Assembly (NCBI GenBank): GCA_032718475.1
Contig: JAUCBJ010008553.1
Span: 1-64,000 of the forward strand
Direction of reading: 5' to 3'
Origin: Nemertoderma westbladi
Taxonomy: Eukaryota > Animalia > Xenacoelomorpha
DNA length: 64,000 nucleotides
Shown here: positions 47,719 to 60,524 of the stretch, in pieces
Layout: the number at the start of each line of letters is the position of its first letter
How positions within the stretch are numbered: the stretch's first letter is position 1
Notes under the pieces: model-generated
Databases searched by the model: none
What the model was told of the DNA's origin: nothing
Seen by the model: only the letters and a program-made list of their open reading frames with translations
Position numbers and translations under genes: made by a program

Positions 47719-50700
47719 TATAGGCAGTTCGCAGCTATTACAGTAGTACAGTATAGGCAGTTCGCAGCTATTACAGTAGTACAGTATAGGCAGTTCGCAG
47801 CTATTACAGTAGTACAGTATAGGCAGTTCGCAGCTATTACAGTAGTACAGTATAGGCAGTTCGCAGCTATTACAGTAAGTACAGTATAGGCAGTTCGCAG
47901 CTATTACAGTAGTACAGTATAGGCAGTTCGAAGCTATTACAGTAGTACAGTATAGGCAGTTCGCAGCTATTACAGTAGTACGGTATAGGCAGTTCGCAGC
48001 TATTACAGTAGTACAGTATAGGCAGTTTGCAGCTATTGCAGTAGTACAGTATAGGCAGTTCGCAGCTATTACAGTAGTACAGTATAGGCAGTTCGAAGCT
48101 ATTACAGTAGTACAGTATAGGCAGTTCGCAGCTATTACAGTAGTACAGTATAGGCAGTTCGCAGCTATTACAGTAAGTACAGTATAGGCAGTTCGCAGCT
48201 ATTACAGTAGTACAGTATAGGCAGTTCGCAGCTATTACAGTAGTACAGTATAGGCAGTTCGCAGCTATTACAGTAGTACAGTATAGGCAGTTCGAAGCTA
48301 TTACAGTAGTACAGTATAGGCAGTTCGAAGCTATTACAGTAAGTACAGTATAGGCAGTTCGCAGCTATTGCAGTAGTACAGTATAGGCAGTTCGCAGCTA
48401 TTAAAGTAGTACAGTATAGGCAGTTCCCAGCTATTACAGTAGTACAGTATAGGCAGTTCGCAGCTATTACAGTAGTACAGTATAGGCAGTTCGCAGCTAT
48501 TACAGTAGTACAGTATAGGCAGTTCGCAGCTATTACAGTAGTACAGTATAGGCAGTTCGCAGCAATTACAGTAGTACAGTATAGGCAGTTCGCAGCTATT
48601 ACAGTAGTACAGTATAGGCAGTTCGCAGCTATTACAGTAGTACAGTATAGGCAGTTCGCAGCTATTACAGTAGTACAGTATAGGCAGTTCGCAGCAATTA
48701 CAGTAGTACAGTATAGGCAGTTCGCAGCTATTACAGTAGTACAGTATAGGCAGTTCGCAGCTATTACAGTAGTACAGTATAGGCAGTTCGCAGCTATTAC
48801 AGTAAGTACAGTATAGGCAGTTCGCAGCTATTACAGTAGTACAGTATAGGCAGTTCGAAGCTATTACAGTAGTACAGTATAGGCAGTTCGCAGCTATTAC
48901 AGTAGTACAGTATAGGCAGTTCGCAGCTATTACAGTAGTACAGTATAGGCAGTTCGCAGCTATTACAGTAGTACAATATAGGCAGTTCGCAGCTATTACA
49001 GTAGTACGGTATAGGCAGTTCGAAGCTATTACAGTAGTACAGTATAGGCAGTACGCAGCTATTACAGTAGTACAGTATAGGCAGTTCGCAGCTATTACAG
49101 TAGTACAGTATAGGCAGTTCGCAGCTATTACAGTAGTACAGTATAGGCAGTTCGCAGCTATTACAGTAGTACAGTATAGGCAGTACGCAGCTATTACAGT
49201 AGTACAGTATAGGCAGTTCGCAGCTATTACAGTAGTACAGTATAGGCAGTTCGCAGCTATTACAGTAGTACAGTATAGGCAGTACGCAGCTATTACAGTA
49301 GTACAGTATAGGCAGTTCGCAGCTATTACAGTAGTACAGTATAGGCAGTTCGCAGCTATTACAGTAGTACAGTATAGGCAGTTCGCAGCTATTACAGTAG
49401 TACAGTATAGGCAGTACGCAGCTATTACAGTAGTACAGTATAGGCAGTTCGCAGCTATTACAGTAGTACAGTATAGGCAGTTCGCAGCTATTACAGTAGT
49501 ACAGTATAGGCAGTTCGCAGCTATTACAGTAGTACAGTATAGGCAGTACGCAGCTATTACAGTAGTACAGTATAGGCAGTTCGCAGCTATTACAGTAGTA
49601 CAGTATAGGCAGTTCGCAGCTATTACAGTAGTACAGTATAGGCAGTACGCAGCTATTACAGTAGTACAGTATAGGCAGTTCGCAGCTATTACAGTAGTAC
49701 AGTATAGGCAGTTCGCAGCTATTACAGTAGTACAGTATAGGCAGTTCGCAGCTATTACAGTAGTACAGTATAGGCAGTTCGCAGATATTACAGTAGTACA
49801 GTATAGGCAGTTCGAAGCTATTACAGTAAGTACAGTATAGGCAGTTCGAAGCTATTACAGTAGTACAGTATAGGCAGTTCGCAGCTATTACAGTAGTACA
49901 GTATAGGCAGTTCGCAGCTATTACAGTAGTACAGTATAGGCAGTTCGCAGCTATTACAGTAGTACAGTATAGGCAGTTCGCAGCTATTACAGTAGTACAG
50001 TATAGGCAGTTCGCAGCTATTACAGTAGTACAGTATAGGCAGTTCGCAGCTATTACAGTAGTACAGTATAGGCAGTTCGCAGCTATTACAGTAGTACAGT
50101 ATAGGCAGTTCGCAGATATTACAGTAGTACAGTATAGGCAGTTCGAAGCTATTACAGTAAGTACAGTATAGGCAGTTCGAAGCTATTACAGTAGTACAGT
50201 ATAGGCAGTTCGCAGCTATTACAGTAGTACAGTATAGGCAGTTCGCAGCTATTACAGTAGTACAGTATAGGCAGTTCGCAGCTATTACAGTAGTACAGTA
50301 TAGGCAGTTCGCAGCTATTACAGTAGTACAGTATAGGCAGTTCGCAGCTATTACAGTAGTACAATATAGGCAGTTCGCAGCTATTACAGTAGTACGGTAT
50401 AGGCAGTTCGAAGCTATTACAGTAGTACAGTATAGGCAGTTCGAAGCTATTACAGTAGTACAGTATAGGCAGTTCGCAGCTATTACAGTAGTACAGTATA
50501 GGCAGTTCGAAGCTATTACAGTAAGTACAGTATAGGCAGTTCGCAGCTATTGCAGTAGTACAGTATAGGCAGTTCGCAGCTATTAAAGTAGTACAGTATA
50601 GGCAGTTCCCAGCTATTACAGTAGTACAGTATAGGCAGTTCGAAGCTATTACAGTAGTACAGTATAGGCAGTTCGCAGCTATTACAGTAGTACAGTATAG

Positions 50701-53700
50701 GCAGTTCGAAGCTATTACAGTAAGTACAGTATAGGCAGTTCGCAGCTATTACAGTAAGTACAGTATAGGCAGTTCGCAGCTATTACAGTAGTACAGTATA
50801 GGCAGTTCGCAGCTATTACAGTAGTACAGTATAGGCAGTTCGCAGCTATTACAGTAGTACAGTATAGGCAGTTCGCAGCAATTACAGTAGTACAGTATAG
50901 GCAGTTCGCAGCTATTACAGTAGTACAGTATAGGCAGTTCGCAGCAATTACAGTAGTACAGTATAGGCAGTTCGCAGCTATTGCAGTAGTACAGTATAGG
51001 CAGTTCGCAGCAATTACAGTAGTACAGTATAGGCAGTTCGCAGCTATTGCAGTAGTACAGTATAGGCAGTTCGCAGCTATTGCAGTAGTACAGTATAGGC
51101 AGTTCGAAGCTATTACAGTAGTACAGTATAGGCAGTTCGCAGCACTTACAGTAGTACAGTATAGGCAGTTCGCAGCTATTGCAGTAGTACAGTATAGGCA
51201 GTTCGCAGCTATTACAGTAGTACAGTATAGGCAGTTCGCAGCTATTACAGTAAGTACAGTATAGGCAGTTCGCAGCTATTACAGTAGTACAGTATAGGCA
51301 GTTCGCAGCTATTACAGTAGTACAGTATAGGCAGATCCCAGATATTACAGTAGTACAGTATAGGCAGTTCGAAGCTATTACAGTAGTACAGTATAGGCAG
51401 TTCGCAGCTATTACAGTAGTACAGTATAGGCAGTTCGCAGCTATTACAGTAGTACAGTATAGGCAGTTCGCAGCTATTACAGTAGTACAGTATAGGCAGT
51501 TCGCAGCAATTACAGTAGTACAGTATAGGCAGTTCGCAGCTATTGCAGTAGTACAGTATAGGCAGTTCGCAGCTATTACAGTAGTACAGTATAGGCAGAT
51601 CCCAGATATTACAGTAGTACAGTATAGGCAGTTCGCAGCTATTACAGTAGTACAGTATAGGCAGTTCGAAGCTATTACAGTAGTACAGTATAGGCAGTTC
51701 GCAGCTATTACAGTAGTACAGTATAGGCAGTTCGCAGCTATTACAGTAGTACAGTATATGCAGTTCGAAGCTATTACAGTAGTACAGTATAGGCAGTTCG
51801 CAGCTATTGCAGTAGTACAGTATAGGCAGTTCGCAGCTATTACAGTATTACAGTATAGGCAGATCCCAGATATTACAGTAGTACAGTATAGGCAGTTCGC
51901 AGCTATTACAGTAGTACAGTATAGGCAGTTCGAAGCTATTACAGTAAAACAGTATAGGCAGTTCGCAGCTATTACAGTAGTACAGTATATGCAGTTCGAA
52001 GCTATTACAGTAAGTACAGTATAGGCAGTTCGCAGCTATTGCAGTAGTACAGTATAGGCAGTTCGCAGCTATTAAAGTAGTACGGTATAGGCAGTTCGCA
52101 GCTATTACAGTAGTACAGTATAGGCAGTTCGAAGCTATTACAGTAGTACAGTATAGGCAGTTCGAAGCTATTACAGTAGTACAGTATAGGCAGTTCGCAG
52201 CTATTGCAGTAGTACAGTATAGGCAGTTCGCAGCTATTACAGTAGTACAGTATAGGCAGTTCGCAGCTATTACAGTAGTACAGTATAGGCAGTTCGAAGC
52301 TATTACAGTAGTACAGTATAGGCAGTTCGCAGCTATTACAGTAGTACAGTATAGGCAGTTCGCAGCTATTACAGTAGTACAGTATAGGCAGTTCGCAGCT
52401 ATTACAGTAGTACAGTATAGGCAGTTCGCAGCTATTACAGTAGTACAGTATAGGCAGTTCGCAGCTATTACAGTAGTACAGTATAGGCAGTTCGCAGCTA
52501 TTACAGTAGTACAGTTTAGGCAGTTCGAAGCTATTACAGTAATACAGTATAGGCAGTTCGCAGCTATTACAGTAGTACAGTATAGGCAGTTCGCAGCTAT
52601 TACAGTAGTACAGTATAGGCAGTTCGCAGCTATTGCAGTAGTACAGTATAGGCAGATCCCAGATATTACAGTAGTACAGTATAGGCAGTTCGCAGCTATT
52701 ACAGTAGTACAGTATAGGCAGTTCGAAGCTATTACAGTAGTACAGTATAGGCAGTTCGCAGCTATTACAGTAGTACAGTATAGGCAGTTCGAAGCTATTA
52801 CATTAGTACAGTATAGGCAGTTCGCAGCTATTACAGTAAAACAGTATAGGCAGTTCGAAGCTATTACAGTAGTACAGTATAGGCAGTTCGCAGCTATTAC
52901 AGTAGTACAGTATAGGCAGTTCGAAGCTATTACAGTAGTACAGTATAGGCAGTTCGCAGCTATTACAGTAGTACAGTATAGGCAGATCCCAGATATTACA
53001 GTAGTACAGTATAGGTAGTTCGCAGCTATTACAGTAGTACAGTATAGGCAGTTCGAAGCTATTACATTAGTACAGTATAGGCAGTTCGCAGCTATTACAG
53101 TAAAACAGTATAGGCAGTTCGAAGCTATTACAGTAGTACAGTATAGGCAGTTCGCAGCAATTACAGTAGTACAGTATAGGCAGTTCGCAGCTATTACAGT
53201 AGTACAGTATAGGCAGTTCGAAGCTATTACAGTAGTACAGTATAGGCAGATCCCAGATATTACAGTAGTACAGTATAGGTAGTTCGCAGCTATTACAGTA
53301 GTACAGTATAGGCAGTTCGAAGCTATTACATTAGTACAGTATAGGCAGTTCGCAGCTATTACAGTAGTACAGTATAGGCAGTTCGCAGCTATTACAGTAG
53401 TACAGTATAGGCAGTTCGAAGCTATTACATTAATACAGTATAGGCAGTTCGCAGCTATTACAGTAGTACAGTATAGGCAGTTCGCAGCTATTACAGTAGT
53501 ACAGTATAGGCAGTTCGAAGCTATTACATTAGTACAGTATAGGCAGTTCGCAGCTATTACAGTAGTACAGTATAGGCAGTTCGCAGCTATTACAGTAGTA
53601 CAGTATAGGCAGTTCGAAGCTATTACAGTAGTACAGTATAGGCAGTTCGCAGCAATTACAGTAGTACAGTATAGGCAGTTCGCAGCTATTACAGTAGTAC

Positions 53701-54829
53701 AGTATAGGCAGTTCGAAGCTATTACATTAGTACAGTATAGGCAGTTCGCAGCTATTACAGTAGTACAGTATAGGCAGTTCGCAGCTATTACAGTAGTACA
53801 GTATAGGCAGTTCGAAGCTATTACATTAGTACAGTATAGGCAGTTCGCAGCTATTACAGTAGTACAGTATAGGCAGTTCGCAGCTATTACAGCAGTACAG
53901 TATAGGCAGTTCGCAGCTATTACAGTAGTACAGTATAGGCAGTTCGAAGCTATTACAGTAAAACAGTATAGGCAGTGCGAAGCTATTACAGTAGTACAGT
54001 ATAGGCAGTTCGAAGCTATTACAGTAGTACAGTATAGGCAGTTCGCAGCTATTACAGTAGTACAGTATAGGCAGTTCGCAGCTATTACAGTAGTACAGTA
54101 TAGGCAGTTCGAAGCTATTACAGTAGTACAGTATAGGCAGTTCGCAGCTATTACAGTAGTACAGTATAGGCAGATCCCAGCTATTACAGTAGTACAGTAT
54201 AGGCAGTTCGCAGATATTGCAGTAGTACAGTATAGGCAGTTCGCAGCTATTACAGTAGTACAGTATAGGCAGTTCGAAGCTATTACAGTAGTACAGTATA
54301 GGCAGTTCGAAGCTATTACATTAGTACAGTATAGGCAGATCGCAGCAATTACAGTAGTACAGTATAGGCAGTTCGCAGCTATTACAGTAGTACAGTATAG
54401 GCAGTTCGCAGCTATTACAGTAGTACAGTATAGGCAGTTCGCAGCTATTACAGTAGTACAGTATAGGCAGTTCGCAGCTATTACAGTAGTACAGTATAGG
54501 CAGTTCGAAGCTATTACAGTAGTACAGTATAGGCAGTTCGCAGCTATTACAGTAGTACAGTATAGGCAGTTCGCAGCTATTACAGTAGTACAGTATAGGC
54601 AGTTCGAAGCTATTACAGTAGTACAGTATAGGCAGTTCGCAGCTATTACAGTAGTACAGTATAGGCAGTTCGCAGCTATTACAGTAGTACAGTATAGGCA
54701 GTTCGCAGCTATTACAGTAGTACAGTATAGGCAGTTCGCAGCTATTACAGTAGTACAGTATAGGCAGTTCGAAGCTATTACAGTAGTACAGTATAGGCAG
54801 TTCGAAGCTATTACATTAGTACAGTATAG
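47716..54829. repeat. 33-bp satellite CAGTATAGGCAGTTCGCAGCTATTACAGTAGTA (~7.1 kb)
   Basis: Highly homogeneous tandem array with occasional 34-bp variants. Confidence 0.98.
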
Positions 54830-56339
54830 ATCTCTAAATCGGGAGTTTGTACTCGGAATTTGTACTGAAAACCAATGAGGAGGACAAGAACACTGCCGGT
54901 AACAGGTGACTGTAACTACATTTGATTGATGTCTAGTTCAGACTACGGCCCGACGACGGCCTTAATAATTGCGGTGTTGGATGATGAATACTCCAAACCC
55001 TGGCCAGAAATTCCAATAGAAAGCTCTGACTTTGCCTACTGTAGTTCTTGTGGTGAATGTGCGCTACTACTGTCTGCTAAACCGACCTCTCGTTAACATA
55101 TTGTATCAGACGTGTGGGGATAACATACGTTTCGGTCTAAGACGTTTCGCCCCAATGATCGAAATATATGATTTGATTGTCGGAATGTTTGTATAAAAAA
55201 TAAATATGTATAAAAAAAAATCAGATTTACTGTAGTTTCTACTGTAGAAGCGAAATACCAGTGCAGTACTAATATAGTTACAGTCCTCAAATATTTGATA
55301 CGGGGGTAATTCATTATTTTATTTTACTTGTATTATATCTCTAGTACTTACTATATATAAAGTTCTATATCATCCTCATGGGGAAACACAATAAACTAAA
55401 TATTGATCAGTTCTTCAATTTATTAGATCTGAAATTTCTACGTTAGTGGTGCAGTGTTGTCAGTAGGAAGTGCTCCAACTACACCAAAAGTCAAGGTCGA
55501 TCCTTTGCAACCAATTTATTGTGAACCTGAATCATCACTAAGCAAAGGTCAACCGACGCTTATTCCTTTTATGGGAGGAAGCTCGTGGGTTAGTTGCTAC
55601 TTTATTGACTCAAGGGTTATAGGTGTACTGTATGTACTACGTGCGGGTAAGGTAGTTATTACGTCCTAATCACCCCAAACCTAGTCATACTGTTTATAAT
55701 AATAATCTGGTAGACCTCTGAAGCTGTGCTTGTCAATCTTATATATCTTTTCATGATTGTGTGGATGTCACATCAATTTTTCTGTATTACAATTATTTTC
55801 CTGACGGTACTGAAATATAAAGGGTCTATATGAAAATTGACGCAATTAGAGTTTATGTTAACACAGTCAGACATCACATTACCCACACAAATCAACCAGA
55901 CATATTTATTATAATATGATGGATAATTTGCCACTTAAATATTTCCTGCATATGTGTAGGAGACCTATAGGTAGTTCTACTGTAAAATTTATGATATAAC
56001 GGTCCAATGGGAGGCATTCAAAGACTCAGTCGTTCTGTAGTTTTTATGAATTATGCGACATGGCTTTTATATATCGCTTGAATTAATGTGCAGTCATTCG
56101 TGGCATGTGACACTGTGTAGTAGTGGATAACTATACGTTAATATATTTTGAAAACATTTCTCTATATTTTTTATATATTAGTTAATCTTAATTTCTCATT
56201 TGCACCCACTCCCCTCACATTAATAATGACTTTTAAAAATTTAGTAGGAAACCTTTGCCCAAAAGTAACGTTTGGATGCAATATGCAACTGCTAATTTTA
56301 AATGAAATGAAAGGGATAGCTCATGTTACGGTTTCATTC

Positions 56340-57980
56340 CAACTCAACACCTAAACCCATAGAACCTGCAACCCAGCACGCACCTACAACCCAGCACGCA
56401 CCTACAACCCGGCACCTACAACTAATAGCACCTACAACCCAGCACGCACCTACAACCCAGCACATACAACCCAACACTTACAACACAGAACCTACAACCC
56501 GGCACCTACAACTAATAGCACCTACAACCCAGCACCTACAACTCAAAACCTACAACCCATAGAACCTACAACCCAGCACGTACAACCCAACACTTACAAC
56601 ATAGCACCTACAACCCAACACTTACAACACAGCACCTACAACCCGGCACCTACAACTAATAGCACCTACAACCCAGCACCTACAACCCAACACCTACAAC
56701 GTATCACCTACAACTCAAAACCTACAACCCATAGCACCTACAACCCAGCACGTACAACCGAACACTTACAACACAGCACCTACAACCCAACACTTACAAC
56801 ACAGCACCTATAACCCGGCACCTACAACTAATAACACCTACAACCCAGCACCTACAACCCAACACCTACAACGTATCACCTACAACTCAAAACCTACAAC
56901 CCATAGCACCTACAACCCAGCACGTACAACCCAACACTTACAACATAGCACCTACAACCCAACACTTACAACACAGCACCTACAACCCGGCACCTACAAC
57001 CCGGCACCTACAGCTAATAGCACCTACAACCCAGCACCTACAACGTATCACCTACAACTCAAAACCTACAACCTATAGCACCTACAACCCAGCACGTACA
57101 ACCCAACACTTACAACACAGCACCTACAACCCAACACTTTAAATGCAACACCTACAACCCAACACATACAACCCAGCACCTGCAACCAATAGCACTTGCA
57201 ATCCAGCACCTAAATCCCACCACCTACAACGCAATACCTACAACTCAAAACCTACAACCCATAGAACCTACAACCTAGCACCTACAACCCATAGTACTTA
57301 CAACCAAGCACCTACAACTCGGCACCTACAACCAATACCACCTACAACTCAGCACCTACAACCCAACACCTACAACTGAACAACTACAAATCAAAGCCTA
57401 CAACCCAACACCTACAACCAATAGCACCTACAACCAAACACCTACAAACCATAGCACCTGCAGCCCAGCACCTACAGCCCAACACACACAACCCAGCACC
57501 TACAATACAGCACCTACAAGCCAGCACATACAACACAACACCTACAACTCAAAACCTACAACCCAGCACCTACAACCATCTACCTACGACCCATAGCACT
57601 TACAACCCAACACCTACAACCTAACGCCTACAACCAAGCACCTACAAACCATAGCACCTACAACCCAGTACACACAACCCAGCACCTACAATCCAGCACC
57701 TACAACCCAGCACCGATAACCAAGCACCTACAACCCATAGCACCTACAACCTAGCACATCCACCTAAAACCTCTAATCGGTTTGCTTGTTTCTGAAATTG
57801 CTCTAATATATTTGATTATGACTTAGGGTTAGGGTTACTTGACACTTATAATTAGGGTTTGTGTTACTCTTGTAACCTGCATGATAAACATTTTGAAAAA
57901 TTTATTTTTGACCTGTTATATGGGTTTAGGGTAGGTGTTTTGGGTTGTAGGTTCTTTGGGTTGTAGGTGTAGGTGCTTAT
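56340..57980. repeat. Degenerate CACCTACAACCC(AG/AA)-type 14-16-bp array, with a short inverted block at ~57920-57980
   Basis: Recurrent CACCTACAACCC at 56340-57770; GGGTTGTAGG copies near 57940-57970. Confidence 0.85.
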
Positions 57981-58145
57981 AGATTTTAGTGTAGGGGCTT
58001 TGTGTAAATCTTTGTATTCATACAGTAGCTGTCCGGATGTCTGTAAGTTTTGTGTAGGAATTTGTTAATCTGCATGATATAGTCGATATATGAAATGAAT
58101 TAATTCAATCGCTTCCTTACCTCACCCCCAACAATGTAAGTTAAG

Positions 58146-58692
58146 CATATTGCTATAGTATTTAAAGTATGACGTCATATTGATATAGTGTTCAAAGTAT
58201 GACGTCATATTGCTATAGTGTTTAAAGTATGACGTCATATTGATATGGTGTTTAAAGTATGACGTCATATTGCTATAGTGTTTAAAGTATGATGTCATAT
58301 TGCTATATTGTTTAAAGTATGACGTCATATTGCTATATTGTTTAAAGTATGCCGTCATATTGATATGGTGTTTAAAGTATGACGTCATATTGCTATATTG
58401 TTTAAAGTATGACGTCATATTGATATAGTGTTTAAAGTATGACGTCATATTGCTATAGTGTTTAAAGTATGACGTCATATTTCATAGTGTTTAAAGTATG
58501 ACGTCATATTGCTATAGTGTTTAAAGTATGACGTCATATTGATATAGTGTTTAAAGTATGACGTCATATTGCTATAGTGTTTAAAGTATGACGTCATATT
58601 GATATAGTGTTTAAAGTATGACGTCATATTGCTATAGTGTTTAAAGTATGACGTCATATTTCTATAGTGTTTAAAGTATGACGTAATATTGC
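58146..58692. repeat. 30-bp minisatellite CATATTG(C/A)TATAGTGTTTAAAGTATGACGT; junctions form TGACGTCA (CRE)
   Basis: About 18 units; 15 perfect TGACGTCA counted. Confidence 0.95.
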
Positions 58693-58770
58693 AACATGGC
58701 ATAGTTCCTGTTCCTGTATCTTCTGCGAATTATTTAATAATAAGTTGAATTGTATCAATGAGGAGCCGCT

Positions 58771-59073
58771 ATGAACTCTATTGAACTGGTTCGAAAATTC
58801 GACCCGAAAGACTCCCTTGGGCCTGGCAACAGTAACCACCACGTTGCCATGGCAATTAGTAACGCTTCAGTAGCGACTACAGGGGTTTCACGGACAGGGA
58901 ATATATTGCCGAAGACAATGCGTTTACTATTGGCCATGTGGATGGGCGCTATTATTGTGGCGTGTTTAGTTGGACTGATATACATCATCACTCACGCTGC
59001 CACCTTCAACCCAGATCATCACCCCCATTCCGCACACCCTAATATCACCTTGGAAACTACGCAGACACCATAG
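58771..59073 (+). CDS. Putative small single-pass membrane protein, or terminal exon of a larger gene (100 aa)
   Basis: Non-repetitive, GC-richer ORF with a hydrophobic run LLLAMWMGAIIVACLVGLIYIIT, then a His-rich tail and an NIT sequon. No recognised family. Confidence 0.4.
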   Translation: MNSIELVRKFDPKDSLGPGNSNHHVAMAISNASVATTGVSRTGNILPKTMRLLLAMWMGAIIVACLVGLIYIITHAATFNPDHHPHSAHPNITLETTQTP

Positions 59074-59516
59074 AAATTGTTGTTTGTATGTTGTGCTGAC
59101 CCTAGCAATAATGGCGTGTAATAGGACCACAATAGATTCGATTAACAGAAATGAGATGAGTGACAATAATTGTGATATCTGAATTTTTGTTTAAAACTTT
59201 AATTACGTAATGGTATTAAAAATGAAACAAAATACAGTTATAGGCTACTAATATATTGCTAATAACTAGTTTTGTATATTTGTGTAACCAACGAGTGCAG
59301 CGAGTGAGTTATGCATAAATATACGAGGGTATTTATCGCCGAATACATACAGTGATGGACGTAATTTTGTTACATTATGGCAACTTATTGGAGGTTCTAA
59401 ACTTTTAATGAATTCATATCGATTTATGCAACTAATTGTAGATATCATTGACAACAACTGTAGCCGAACAGTAAACATTCGTTCAAACACTTATATTATC
59501 ATTTTCAATACTGTAC

Positions 59517-59970
59517 GTCATATTGATTCCACCCCACCCCCCCCCCCCCCCCCCCCCCCCCATATAAAATGCTCTGGGGTGGTGGTTATATTGCTGCACC
59601 AAAATTACATGTAGAGCAAGTCCATAAAATCTGAAAGTTACATTTTTCGGCTAATTGTTTCTCAATATAGGTTGTCTGGGGCGCAAAATCCATTGGAAAA
59701 TATTAAAAAATGATCTAAATAATATAAATGGCTGTTTTAGTCCTTTGCGTAAACAAAATATAAAAAAAACAAGTAACCAGCACTTTTCAGTTTCAACACA
59801 AAATTTTTAATTCACTTATACGATGCTATAAATTCACATGTTCAGGTTTTATAGGGCACTGATTCTAATGGAATACATTTCTAATATGCCAGATCATTGC
59901 TAATCGTATTTTTCGGCGTAATATTGTAATTTCTGGTGCTAGCACCAAATTTTGTACCCATCACCAAAAA
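59517..59970 (-). mobile_element. Partial copy of family-B MITE
   Basis: Shares AACAAGTAACCAGCACTTTTCAG...CTTATACGATGCTATAAATTCACAT...GGTGCTAGCACCAAAT with 29246-29430. Confidence 0.8.
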
Positions 59971-60524
59971 CTTTGAGATGTCCAGTCATGAATTTCATGA
60001 ATAAACGGACATATGGGCTCATAAAAAACCTTCGCAGATAACCTTTTTAATGTTTGGATCTCATGCCTAATATCCTAAAGTATCTGAAATGAGAAATTGG
60101 AAGCAAATTCCGTTATGTGTGGGCTCATACTTGCAAGTTGAAATTGACTGAACATTTTTTTACATTTTCCAAAATCTCTGTGCGAATTTTACCTACAATT
60201 AAGGGCAAAATACCGTCATTATAAATAACATTAATCCTAGTCTGTCTAATTGCCTGTGTGAGTGATGGTTCAACCTCGGTTGTACTTAAGAAATAATTAA
60301 ATAGTGATTTCCTAGAAAGCAATAAACTTCGTTTGAAAAAATAACAAAACGCTATTGCGAATTTCGTAATAAATAGCTTTTAAACTACTCAACATGTGAC
60401 ATTCAAATTTTAAATTCTCTTCCTCTAACCGCTGGGCAATACACAAATATTTTCCGTTTGTGGCAACATGATATATAAGTCGAGATATTTGCGTTACGGA
60501 ATTACAATTTTCAAGCTCTGCTTG

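Noticed and set aside
47716-54829. CRISPR-like regular repeats (also the 21-, 29-, 30- and 34-bp arrays)
   Set aside because: No unique spacers, no cas genes, and a eukaryotic context.
54830-55670. GC-richer patches with short ORFs (MSSSDYGPTT..., 55454-55669)
   Set aside because: No recognisable domain and no consistent splice model could be built; might be exons but unsupported.
57823-57836. TTAGGGTTAGGGTT telomere-like motif
   Set aside because: Only two units; not a telomeric array.
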